Positions 18,741 to 28,328 are shown, counted from the stretch's first letter. The stretch: DNA of 64,000 nucleotides from Clostridia bacterium (GCA_017501225.1 JAFVXH010000007.1:195147-259146), one strand, 5' to 3'. Program-made: numbers and translations. Notes: a model not told the origin generated them from the letters alone.

Positions 18741-19688
18741 TTACGATCCCACCTTTGAAATAACTTTCTTAACGAGCATGTTTGCACCGATCATGATGAC
18801 GAAGAGCACGACTGCGATCGCAGAGGAATAACCGATCTCGTAACGGGATCCGCCGTAGTCATCCAAGTGGTGCATGATGGTGTGTGCAGCGTAGTCGACG
18901 GACGGAAATCCGCAAAGCGCGGTAACGACACCGCCAAATCCGAAGGAGCTGGTGATTGCCATGATAGCACCGAACATCAGCTGCGGCTTCATGCTGGGAA
19001 GCGTGATGTACCAAAGCTCCTGCCAACGGTTCTTGACACCGTCCACAGCGCCTGCCTCGTACAGGGAGCGGTCAACGCCCTGAAGACCTGCGATAAAGGA
19101 CAGGAAGGAGGTACCCAAAGAGGTCCAGAGAGCAACGATGATACACAGGGGCATTACGTAGTCTGCGTTCTGGAACCACGCGATCGGCGAGGTGATAAAG
19201 CCAAGCTCGAGCAGCGTTGCGTTGATCCATCCGTGGGAGTCAGCCGCGAAGAGCGTACCCCAGATCAGGTACACCTGACCTGCAATAGAGGGGGCGTAGA
19301 AGATCAGGGTAACGATTGCACGGATGCGGGGGGAAAGCTCATTGATGAACCATGCGATCAGGAATGCCATCAGGTAGGATACCGGTCCTACCACCGCTGC
19401 AAAGATCAAGGTGTTTTTGCACGCGATCAGGAAGATGTCATCCGCGAAGAACAGGTTGATGTAGTTTTCAAGCCAGACCGGATTCGGCCATTGCAGCATG
19501 TTAAAGTCCGTGAAGCTGATGACGAAGGAAAGAACGACGGGAACAATGGTAAAGACAGTGAAGATCAGAACGTAGGGAGCGATCATAACGTAAGCTACCC
19601 AGTTGCGCTTCATTTCTTTCCATATCCATTCACGATAGGTCAAATCTTTCCGCGAAACAGCTTTTACTTCTGCCGTTTGTTTAGACAT
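18741..19688 (-). CDS. Carbohydrate ABC permease (MalF-like)
   Basis: IAGLQGVDRSLYEAGAVDGVKNRWQELWYITLP EAA motif. Confidence 0.9.
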   Translation of the reverse strand: MSKQTAEVKAVSRKDLTYREWIWKEMKRNWVAYVMIAPYVLIFTVFTIVPVVLSFVISFTDFNMLQWPNPVWLENYINLFFADDIFLIACKNTLIFAAVVGPVSYLMAFLIAWFINELSPRIRAIVTLIFYAPSIAGQVYLIWGTLFAADSHGWINATLLELGFITSPIAWFQNADYVMPLCIIVALWTSLGTSFLSFIAGLQGVDRSLYEAGAVDGVKNRWQELWYITLPSMKPQLMFGAIMAITSSFGFGGVVTALCGFPSVDYAAHTIMHHLDDYGGSRYEIGYSSAIAVVLFVIMIGANMLVKKVISKVGS

Positions 19689-19727
19689 TGCTTTTTCTCC
19701 TTTACAGTTTTAATGAAATGAAGCATC

Positions 19728-22700
19728 TCAATCTTCGTAGGTAGCCAAAGCGCCTGCGGTGTCCTCCAAGCACTCCGCGATGAAGTAAACAAGCTGATGC
19801 TCGTTCAACTTGCGGATCAGGTAACCGCCTTGCTTTTCTTCGGCGGTCTGCTTGGTGACGTTGACGTAGTGAACGGGAACCGTAATCACTTCGCCGTTGA
19901 CCTTTGTGATCTGCATGGTCTTCTCGCCGTCATTCTTCCATTCAGCCTCAAGGATCGCCTCAAACTGGGCCTGCGCCTGATAGATCTGTTCGATCTTCTT
20001 GTTTGCGATCGCATACTTGGCATCGGAAATGGCGTCTGCATACTTCTCAGCATTGATCGCAGTCAAAGCGTCGATCGCTGCCAGGATCTGAGCCGTACGC
20101 TTGTCGGCAAGGGTCTGACCGATTTGCAAGGTTTCAAGATTGAATTCCTCGCGCTTACGGGTAATTTCGGTGTTGATGGTATTGATGTAACGGAGCAGCT
20201 CGGTACGGGGGTTTGCATCATTATTATAAGCAGCCATGAATGCAAAGCTGGTATAACGTCCGATGATGTAGGTACCGGGATAGTTCGGAACGGATGCGAG
20301 GTTCTCGTACTGCTTGCTTACCTCGCTGTACTCGGCACGGGTCCAAGGCATACTCTCCAGCGCCTTGCGGTTTGCCGTGGAGTGCTTTGCGGAGTCACCG
20401 ATGATTGCAACCATTTCGCTCGCGTAGTCAACCTGACACTGGTCACCGCTCTGCCACTTCATGAAGGTCCAAGCGGATTCCACGTCATCCGTGCCGTTGA
20501 TCATAACGATCGCGCTGACGGAGGAGATGGACTGGTTGTTGAGCTTACCGGTCTTCTGATCGATCAGGCCGGGCAGCGGAACGAACTTCCAGCAGCCTTC
20601 AATTTCGGTTGCGAATACCTTCAGCTGATTGTAAAGGCCCGTGTAGCTTGCGATGATGATGGGCATCTCACCGGAACGGAAGCGGTTCGCCGCATCGTAA
20701 GCGTAGGGGAAGGAGTACTGCGTATACATGTCACACAGCTTTTCAAAGGCTGCAAGGCCGGTCTTGGAATCGAGGTTGATTCTCATACCGTCGTCTGCAA
20801 ACAGGGAGCCTCCCATTTGATATAGGAAGATTTGGTAGTTGTTTGCAAGACCGATTTCCATGTTGTTCGCTTCCAGAGCGGACTGTGCCTCGTAGATATC
20901 ATCCCAAGTGGTGGGAACCTCAATACCGAGGTCTGCAAGCAGGTCCATACGCAGGAACATCATGACGAAGTCCTGAGTTTCGGGAAGTCCGTAGTAGTGC
21001 TTGTCGCCGTCGGCGTCGTAAATTCCAAGAACCTGCATTGCCGCCTCGTTAAAGATGGCATGCATCTCTGCCTCGAATTCCTCTACCGTATCGTGGTCAA
21101 GATTTTCGATGTTGGCAAGAGCGCCGCGGATCGCGTAGTTGATGACCGTACCCTGGTCCAGACCCATGTAGGCATCCGGTCCCATGCCCGCCAGAATGGA
21201 GGGCAGCAGGGTTCCTGCGTTGACAAGCTTCAGGTCGACCGAGATCTTATACTCGGGAGTGAAGTTGTTGGTGGAAAGGTTACGGAGAACGTTTGCCTGG
21301 TCACGTCCGTAAGGAACCCAGACGCTGATGCTCTTGGAGGTCTCCGTAGCATCGCCCGAAGCACCCATGCTGTTGTAGTCACGGATGAAGGACTGAAGGA
21401 ATCTCTCAAACTCAAACCAGATCGATCTGAAGAAGCCGTACTCAGCTCTGGGTGCCTTCTCGGTCGAGGGCTGGATCCGGAAGAAGTCGATCTGCAGAGG
21501 CTGCGTCTTCGCATCGGTCAGGAAGGTACCGAGAGAACCGACGTAGCTCTTGAGGGTGCTGAGGTTCTTTGCGATGCTGTCCTCGTCACGGACCAGGTCG
21601 TCCAGCAGGTTCACCAGCTTATCGCACACACCCGTGTAGGTGGAGGATACGCCTGCGCTCTCCTTCAGGAACTTAGAAACCTCTTTCAGGTCCGCGGACT
21701 GATCGACGAAATCGTTCATAACGTGAGGAAGCAGACGGGAGAAGCTGTAGTCGCGGTACTCGTCTGGAGTGGTACCGGTCAGCTTGATGATCTCAAGATA
21801 GTCGTTGTTCAGTGCCGAGAGGATTCTCTCGATGTCCTGAACCAGCGTGCTCTTGGATCCCAGGGTCGCCTCAAAGCGAACGGTATAAACAACACCCTTT
21901 TCGAAATACAACTGATAGGAATCCGCCGCACCGTCCGCGTTGGTATCGTGACCGGCACTCAGAGCACCGACCTGCCACTCGGACTTGTAATCGTAACGGA
22001 GCTCGGTTGCCTCAACGAAGGGGAAGCCGTTATAGTAGCCTGCGGTATTGCCGATCTTTGCCTGATATGCAGCCTCCGACTCAGCGTCGGTGAAGATCTG
22101 CATGGAACGGCAGACGTACATACCTTCCAGGTAGCTCTGCTTGAAGCGCGTGTAGATATCGTACATTCCGGAGGAATTGACAGAGAACTGATATTCAACC
22201 CACTGACCTGCGGTTTTCCACTTATCGCCGCCGATGGTGTTCAGGACGATGTAGGAGGGCGAAGCAGGAGAGGTTGCAGCGGACGTATTGTCCTGAACAG
22301 GGTACACCGCGTTCGTAGAGGTATGCGTGGTGCTTTCCGCTTCGATTTTAATAATGTCCTGTCCCTGAGCCGTGCCAACGCTTGCGGTGATAGCAGCAAG
22401 GTAATCGGCATAGGTGCGGAACGGAGCATAGGGACGCAGAACGATCTCCTTGATGGCAATCGCCTCGTTGATGCCGCGCAGAGCAACCTGCACCTGACCG
22501 TCAACGGGCTCCAGCACGAATCCGAAGTCGTTGCTGTAGTATCCGCTGCTGTCACGCAGAGTATAGGAGGTCCATGCGGGAGTCTGATCCTGCGCGGGAC
22601 GAAGCTCGTTATCGTTGTTATCAACGGAATAGAAACGAAGCTCGTACTTTTCTATAAACTGTGAGAGCTTTTGCGTGATAACGGCAGGTTGATCGAAGAT

Positions 22701-23450
22701 CAAAGCGGAGCCGTCCGCGGATGCGTTGAAGATAATGCCCGCATCCTTCGCCTCAGCCTCAACCGTTGCGCGATCCAGCTTTCCAAGCACCAGCGTCGCC
22801 GTCAGAGCCTTCGCCCCGGTCGCGTAATCGGTCTGGTAAGAGGACCAGAGCTTTGCGAGCGCCAGATTGCGCGCCTCCGCAAAGGGAACCTCACCGTTGA
22901 TGTAGAATTCACGCTCAGCCGCAGAGTCCTTACCCGCGATCGGATAATAGATGAGATCGATGGAGTAAAGACCGCCGGTGCCAAGACCCATTGCGGCAAC
23001 GTCCAGCGTCCAGGTGACCGAACCGATGTCGGGAGTGTAGAGTGCGAGCTCTCCGTCAAAGGTATCGAGATAAACAAGGTCGGTCTTCTTGAAGCCTGCC
23101 GCGATGGCATCCTCCAAGGAGTTGTAGACCTTGCCGTCAGCCGTCGTCAGCTGCCAGTCGCCCGACGCCGTCAGCGTTACGGTGTTTCTCTGGTCGTCCA
23201 CGAACTTCCAATCGCTCGTTGCATCCAGAGTATACTCCGTCTTGCCGCCGGCACCGACGTTGTCGAAATAGCTTGCATAGAAATCCTGGTAGTCATCGTA
23301 GGAGATGGTATTCAGGATATCCATGTAGTCCTCGATGCCGCCCTTCGGCTGCTCAAGTGTCGCCGCACTTGCGCCGATAACAGCACCACTCACAAGAAAA
23401 AGACATGCCAGAAGCAGACATGCAAGCCTTGTGAACTTCTTGTTTCTCAT
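19728..23450 (-). CDS. Very large extracellular solute-binding protein (1240 aa) with N-terminal beta-rich/CBM-like modules
   Basis: Signal peptide ending GASA; IKIEAE and GQWVEYQFSVNSSGMYDI CBM-like motifs; C-terminal family-1 SBP (GMGPD, YGLPETQ, FRSGEMPI, AWTFMKW, EITRKREEF); GGAGG RBS. Confidence 0.82.
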   Translation of the reverse strand: MRNKKFTRLACLLLACLFLVSGAVIGASAATLEQPKGGIEDYMDILNTISYDDYQDFYASYFDNVGAGGKTEYTLDATSDWKFVDDQRNTVTLTASGDWQLTTADGKVYNSLEDAIAAGFKKTDLVYLDTFDGELALYTPDIGSVTWTLDVAAMGLGTGGLYSIDLIYYPIAGKDSAAEREFYINGEVPFAEARNLALAKLWSSYQTDYATGAKALTATLVLGKLDRATVEAEAKDAGIIFNASADGSALIFDQPAVITQKLSQFIEKYELRFYSVDNNDNELRPAQDQTPAWTSYTLRDSSGYYSNDFGFVLEPVDGQVQVALRGINEAIAIKEIVLRPYAPFRTYADYLAAITASVGTAQGQDIIKIEAESTTHTSTNAVYPVQDNTSAATSPASPSYIVLNTIGGDKWKTAGQWVEYQFSVNSSGMYDIYTRFKQSYLEGMYVCRSMQIFTDAESEAAYQAKIGNTAGYYNGFPFVEATELRYDYKSEWQVGALSAGHDTNADGAADSYQLYFEKGVVYTVRFEATLGSKSTLVQDIERILSALNNDYLEIIKLTGTTPDEYRDYSFSRLLPHVMNDFVDQSADLKEVSKFLKESAGVSSTYTGVCDKLVNLLDDLVRDEDSIAKNLSTLKSYVGSLGTFLTDAKTQPLQIDFFRIQPSTEKAPRAEYGFFRSIWFEFERFLQSFIRDYNSMGASGDATETSKSISVWVPYGRDQANVLRNLSTNNFTPEYKISVDLKLVNAGTLLPSILAGMGPDAYMGLDQGTVINYAIRGALANIENLDHDTVEEFEAEMHAIFNEAAMQVLGIYDADGDKHYYGLPETQDFVMMFLRMDLLADLGIEVPTTWDDIYEAQSALEANNMEIGLANNYQIFLYQMGGSLFADDGMRINLDSKTGLAAFEKLCDMYTQYSFPYAYDAANRFRSGEMPIIIASYTGLYNQLKVFATEIEGCWKFVPLPGLIDQKTGKLNNQSISSVSAIVMINGTDDVESAWTFMKWQSGDQCQVDYASEMVAIIGDSAKHSTANRKALESMPWTRAEYSEVSKQYENLASVPNYPGTYIIGRYTSFAFMAAYNNDANPRTELLRYINTINTEITRKREEFNLETLQIGQTLADKRTAQILAAIDALTAINAEKYADAISDAKYAIANKKIEQIYQAQAQFEAILEAEWKNDGEKTMQITKVNGEVITVPVHYVNVTKQTAEEKQGGYLIRKLNEHQLVYFIAECLEDTAGALATYED

Positions 23451-23641
23451 TTGCGTTTCCTCCTGCAAATCATTTGTTTGTGTTGGATCGCTCCAACCGA
23501 CGTTCTTGCACCCGACACGCACATGCGCGCGTGACCGCGATGCTCGCTTTGACCTCCTCCATACCAAGCGAGGCCTTCAAAGCCGAGGTTTTCCCCTCTT
23601 GCAAACCCGCAAAAGGGCATAATCCCCCCATTAATGTTATA

Positions 23642-23670
23642 ATCATACCACAAAATGCGCCGTCTGTCAA
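23642..23670 (-). promoter_or_regulatory. sigA promoter of the sugar-import operon
   Basis: Minus strand TTGACA-N17-TATGAT with extended TG. Confidence 0.65.
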
Positions 23671-23807
23671 GAAAAACCTTCGCCTCTGCAATCCCTCAAA
23701 ATCGGTCTTTAGCGGTCAAAAATTCATGATTTGGACAAATTTGATCGCAGAAAAGTTTACAGGTTTTTTTGAACTCCCCTCCGCCGTTTTTGATCGTTTT
23801 TTGAAAT

Positions 23808-23926
23808 GTAAATTAAATTTACGGCATTTTGGCGGTGATTCAACGTTTCCTACGACTTTTTGGTTATTTTTTTACGACATTTTTTCTCTTTTTTCGCATA
23901 ATTTCAAAAACGTAAATCAAATTTAC
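23808..23926. promoter_or_regulatory. Pair of operator-like palindromes
   Basis: GTAAATT-A-AATTTAC (23808-23822) and GTAAATC-A-AATTTAC (23912-23926). Confidence 0.45.
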
Positions 23927-24192
23927 TTGCGAACGGGGATCAAAAAAAGAGGTTTGCCAAGTATTTCCACTGTTTTGGTTGTGCAAATTGCACATTTTCG
24001 CGACCGTTTTTTCTACGCTTCGGCAATGTGCACAAAACGGCTTGGTATTTCTCATATTTTTCTCCATAATGTTCAATTTTTGGAAATCCGGAACAAAAAA
24101 CGTCGGACAAAAGCAGCAAGGGAAACAAAAAAAGCGGGCAGAGGACGTAAGTGTCCCCTGCCCTTTTGGCGGAGCGGATTTGATGCGCCGTA

Positions 24193-24372
24193 CCGGTACA
24201 TCTTGCCGCGCCGGTACATCTTGCCGCGCCGGTACATCTTGCCGTGCCGGTACATCTTGCCGCGCCGGTACATCTTGCCGCGCCGGTACATCTTGCCGTG
24301 CCGGTACATCTTGCCGCACCGATACGTCTTGTCGCACCGATACGTCTTGCCGCACCGATACGTCTTGTCGCG
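24193..24372. repeat. Tandem repeat, 10 x 18 bp (ccggtacatcttgccgcg consensus)
   Basis: Read directly: 7 copies of ccggtacatcttgccgYR, then 3 variant copies ccgatacgtcttgYcgcR; no spacers. Confidence 0.95.
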
Positions 24373-24523
24373 CCGTTCGCAGAGCGCCTCGGCTCACTCG
24401 GATCGCGGCAGATCGCGCTCGCGCGCATTGCCTACGTTTTGCCTCCGGAGGGTGCTTTTTACGGTACGTGATGCGTTTTTTTGCAGCACGTAGTGCGTTT
24501 TCGTGGAATATTCTGCCGATGAA

Positions 24524-25444
24524 TCAGCGCAAAAATCCGTTGATGATCTCGGCTTCGGCTTCCTTTTCGGTCAGTCCCAGCGTCATCAGCTTGATCAACT
24601 GCTCGCCTGCGATCTTTCCGATCGCGGCCTCGTGGATGAGTGCCGCCTCAACGTGATTTGCCTCGATCTGAGGGAGCGCTGTGACCTGCGCATCATCCAT
24701 GATGATCGCATCGCACTCGGTGTGTCCGTTGCAACGGTTGTTGCCCTTGACACGCGAGAGGAAGGTCTGACGGCTCTGATCTCTCGCCACCGAGCGGGAA
24801 ATGACGTGCGTGCCGCAGTCCTCGCCGTCAAGGTCGACCGCAAAATCAGTTTCGGCAAATTGATTGCCGTGCGTCATGATCTTTTCCTTGACGATCAGGG
24901 TAGCACCCGATTTCAGCGTTGCGCGTGTGGCTCTGCGGGTCGAATCCACGCCCTTGATCTGCGTGGTTTCCATTTCGAGGTAGCTTCCCTCCTCCAAGTG
25001 CGCCACGGTAGTGGGATTCATGACGTTTTTACCGTTTCCGTCCCCCTCGCCATAGTGCTTTTCCACATATTTCACGCGTGCATTTTTGCCTACAAAGAAG
25101 CTGTGAATGCCACTGTGTTCACTCTCACCGTCACCGCTGTTGTGAATACCGCAGCCCGCAACGATCGTAACGTCACAGTCCTCACCGATGTGGAAATCGT
25201 TGTATACCAGCTCCTTCAGCCCCGTCTGGGAAAGCAGAACGGGGATGTGTAGGCTCTCCTTTTTCGTGCCCGGCTTGATATAGATATCGATGCCCGGCTT
25301 GTCCTCCTTGGCAACGATCGAGATGTTCTCGGAATCGTTTTTGCCGTACAGATTTCCGTTGATGCGCAAGGAATAAGCGCCCTGAGGAACCTCGTGAAGA
25401 TCGGCGACCTCCGACAGTAAGCGTTTTTGTACCGAATCGATCAT
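24524..25444 (-). CDS. SufB/SufD-family Fe-S scaffold (SmsB-like)
   Basis: IVAGCGIHN, GHTECDAIIMD, ALIHEAAIGKIAGEQLIKLMTLGLTEKEAEAEIINGFL. Confidence 0.88.
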   Translation of the reverse strand: MIDSVQKRLLSEVADLHEVPQGAYSLRINGNLYGKNDSENISIVAKEDKPGIDIYIKPGTKKESLHIPVLLSQTGLKELVYNDFHIGEDCDVTIVAGCGIHNSGDGESEHSGIHSFFVGKNARVKYVEKHYGEGDGNGKNVMNPTTVAHLEEGSYLEMETTQIKGVDSTRRATRATLKSGATLIVKEKIMTHGNQFAETDFAVDLDGEDCGTHVISRSVARDQSRQTFLSRVKGNNRCNGHTECDAIIMDDAQVTALPQIEANHVEAALIHEAAIGKIAGEQLIKLMTLGLTEKEAEAEIINGFLR

Positions 25445-26157
25445 ACCCGCACCTCCTTGGTAAAGCGGCAGCCCGCCTGCGCATTCAAAAGCTCGGGCAG
25501 AATCTCGGATTTTTCTCCGTAAGCCGCCACCGTGCCGCCCGCGATCACAACGATCTTGTCGGCAATATCCAGAATTCTCTCCTGATGCGAAATGATCAGA
25601 ATCGTGCCGTGCGTTCTCTCGTGCATGCCACGGAAGACCTGGATCAGATTCTGGAAGCTCCACAGGTCAATTCCCGCCTCAGGCTCGTCAAAAACCGAGA
25701 GCTTGGTGCCGCGCGCGTTGATCATTGCGATCTCGATGCGCTTGAGCTCGCCGCCCGACAAGGATTCATCTGCCTCGCGGTTGATATAATCCTTGGCGCA
25801 AAGTCCGACCTCGGAAAGATATTTGCACGCCTCGGACACCGAGATTTTTGTTCCCGCGGCAAGGGAGATCAGATCCTTGACCGTAATTCCCTTGAAGCGC
25901 ACGGGCTGCTGAAACGCAAAGCTGACGCCGCATTTTGCGCGCTCGGTGATGGATTTTTCGGTGATATCCTCGCCATCCAGCAGAATTTTGCCGGACGTGG
26001 GCATATAAATTCCCGCAATCAACTTGGCAAGCGTGGATTTTCCGCTGCCGTTGGGGCCTGTGATCGCCACGAAGCGATCGTCGATCTGCAGATTGACGTC
26101 CTTCAGGATTACCTTTCCGTCCTCCGTCTGATAGGACAAATTTATTAACTCTAACAT
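25441..26157 (-). CDS. SufC-like ABC ATPase (SmsC-like)
   Basis: GPNGSGKST, LSGGELKRIE, FDEPEAGIDL; overlaps the downstream scaffold gene by 4 bp. Confidence 0.85.
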   Translation of the reverse strand: MLELINLSYQTEDGKVILKDVNLQIDDRFVAITGPNGSGKSTLAKLIAGIYMPTSGKILLDGEDITEKSITERAKCGVSFAFQQPVRFKGITVKDLISLAAGTKISVSEACKYLSEVGLCAKDYINREADESLSGGELKRIEIAMINARGTKLSVFDEPEAGIDLWSFQNLIQVFRGMHERTHGTILIISHQERILDIADKIVVIAGGTVAAYGEKSEILPELLNAQAGCRFTKEVRV

Positions 26158-26393
26158 TTATTTCTACCTCTTTCAGTTTGTTTTAACATTGTATTATACC
26201 TCTCTTTATGCGGTTTTGCAATACGGCAAGCTCATTTTGTGTGTTAATTTTCCGTGAACATCCGCTCTTTTTCTCGGTTTTCTTCACTCCTTATACCTCG
26301 TTTTTGTCCCTATTTTTAGAATTAGAATTGTTTTTATTCTAATTTTATTCTTCAAAAAAGAGCAAAATAAGGACATTTTTGCTGATTTGAACC

Positions 26394-27809
26394 TTATTTT
26401 GCCCGTTTTTGATCAAAAGGAAGCAGGTCGAACACCTTAAAAATATCTCCTGCCCCCATCACGATGACAAGATCCCCCGCCCGTGCTTCTTGGCACAAAG
26501 CCTTGGCAAGGCAATCGAAGCCTCCGCAGTAAGCAGCGTGCTCGCCGATGGCGTCCGCCAATGCCTCGGAGGTGATCCCCGTCGGATTTTCCTCTCTCGC
26601 GGCGTAAATATCGGCAAAAAATACCTTGTCGGCACCCCGGAACGCCCGTACGAATCCGTCAAAGAGCCCCACGGTACGGCTGTAGGTATGCGGTTGGTAG
26701 GCGCATATCACGCGGGAAAAGCCCATCTGCTTTGCTCCCGCGATGGTTGCGGCGATCTCGTCTGGATGGTGCGCGTAATCATCATAGACAACAGCACCGT
26801 TCAGGCTTCCCTTTTTCTCCATGCGCCGATGCGCCCCCGCAAAGGACAGAAGCCCTGCTTGGATGCTCTCCATCGGCATACCGCAAAGGTGTGCGGCGCT
26901 TGCCGCCGCCAAAGCGTTGTAGACCGAATGAATTCCGCAGACCTGCAATCGAATCCTTCCAAGAAGCTCGTTTTTGCGGTAAAAATCGAATTCCGCGCCG
27001 TCTGCGTGCAGAGTGAGGCTCTGCGCGGAGAAATCCGCTTCACACAGGATCCCGAAGGTGTACGTCCGTCCCTCAAAATCCGAAAACGCGCGCACACTCT
27101 CCGCGTCATCCGCATTGCAAAGCAGGATCCCGTTCTCTCCCGTCCGCGCGGCGAAGGCGCGGAAGGAGGCGCGAATTTGCTCCATGCTATGAAAATAATC
27201 CACGTGGTCCATGCCGATGTTGAGCACAATGGCAAGCGTTGGGTTGAAATCCAGGAAGGAATCCATGTATTCGCAGGCTTCAAATATAAAATGCGCGCGC
27301 GACTGTCCGATGCGGCAGGAGGAATGCTCCTGACCCGAGAGCTCGGCACCGCAAAGCACCGTGGGGTCGCCTCCCTGACAGAAGATGGCGTCGCACATCG
27401 CGGTACAGGTGCTTTTTCCGTGCATGCCCGAAACGCCGATCCGTACGTCGAAATACATCATCAGATATCCAAGATAATCCGCACGGGAGAACAGATGCTT
27501 TCCCAGCCTCTTTGCGGCAAGATACTCGGGGTTTTGCTCGTCAATGGCAACGGTGTACACCACCGCGTCGTAGCCCGTCACGTGATCGGCGTCATGCCCC
27601 GCAAACACCTTGATCCCGTGTGCGGACAATTCCCTTGTGATCTCGCTGCTTCCCCGATCCGAGCCGCCGACGGTATATCCCGCCTTCGCGGAGATGCGCG
27701 CAAGCGCCGACATGCTGATGCCGCCGATCCCGATAAAGAAGATGCTTCTGCAATCCTTCATTGCATTTTGAATATACGTAGCACCGTAGTGCGTGTTTGA
27801 AACGGACAT
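26394..27809 (-). CDS. murC: UDP-N-acetylmuramate--L-alanine ligase
   Basis: FIGIGGISMSALA, GMHGKST, FEACEY, DDYAHHP, QPHTYSRT, MGAGDI. Confidence 0.95.
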   Translation of the reverse strand: MSVSNTHYGATYIQNAMKDCRSIFFIGIGGISMSALARISAKAGYTVGGSDRGSSEITRELSAHGIKVFAGHDADHVTGYDAVVYTVAIDEQNPEYLAAKRLGKHLFSRADYLGYLMMYFDVRIGVSGMHGKSTCTAMCDAIFCQGGDPTVLCGAELSGQEHSSCRIGQSRAHFIFEACEYMDSFLDFNPTLAIVLNIGMDHVDYFHSMEQIRASFRAFAARTGENGILLCNADDAESVRAFSDFEGRTYTFGILCEADFSAQSLTLHADGAEFDFYRKNELLGRIRLQVCGIHSVYNALAAASAAHLCGMPMESIQAGLLSFAGAHRRMEKKGSLNGAVVYDDYAHHPDEIAATIAGAKQMGFSRVICAYQPHTYSRTVGLFDGFVRAFRGADKVFFADIYAAREENPTGITSEALADAIGEHAAYCGGFDCLAKALCQEARAGDLVIVMGAGDIFKVFDLLPFDQKRAK

Positions 27810-28016
27810 GGCATCTCCTTTCTGCCCATCGGCAAGCGTTGAAGGTGGGAAGGCGTTCCTCCACACCAAAATACAGAAAAGGCTATTTCTGCTTCAAGGG
27901 ATGAAAAAATTCCCGAATTCACAAAAATATGCGCTTTTCATTGAATAATTATCACAAAAAAACTTTATAATAGAGTCAGTAACAGTTCCAATTTTATCAC
28001 GAACGGAGGATTTTTT

Positions 28017-28316
28017 ATGCAAATCACAGATATCAAGGTCCGAAAGCTGTTTGACGAGGGACCGATGAAGGCCATCGTTTCGGTCACCTTTGACGGTCAG
28101 CTTGCCGTGCACGATATCAAGGTCATCAACGCACGTGACAAGTTTTTTATCGTTATGCCCAGCCGCAAAAATCCCGATGAGAGCTACCGCGACATCGTAC
28201 ATCCCATCAACGCGCAGTTCCGTGGGATGCTGGAGGAAGCCGTGATCGCCGCATACGAGGAGGCGGTCAGGGAGGCTGCCGAGAACGGAGCCTTAGAGGA
28301 AATGCAAACCGTATAA
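28017..28316 (+). CDS. spoVG: SpoVG family protein
   Basis: MQITDIKVRK, VHDIKVI, MPSRK, YRDIVHPIN. Confidence 0.95.
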   Translation: MQITDIKVRKLFDEGPMKAIVSVTFDGQLAVHDIKVINARDKFFIVMPSRKNPDESYRDIVHPINAQFRGMLEEAVIAAYEEAVREAAENGALEEMQTV

Positions 28317-28328
28317 GACGGATCCCAC

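Noticed and set aside
9540-23534. Long plus-strand ORFs (up to 662 aa) antisense to the sugar operon
   Set aside because: Shadow ORFs expected from strong codon bias of the real minus-strand genes; no recognisable motifs
24193-24372. Possible CRISPR array
   Set aside because: Units are directly adjacent with no unique spacers, only 18 bp long, and no cas genes are in the window
23474-24656. ORFs of 160-340 aa spanning the AT-rich region and tandem repeat
   Set aside because: Several overlapping frames are open simply because the repeat lacks stops; no convincing RBS and implausible composition
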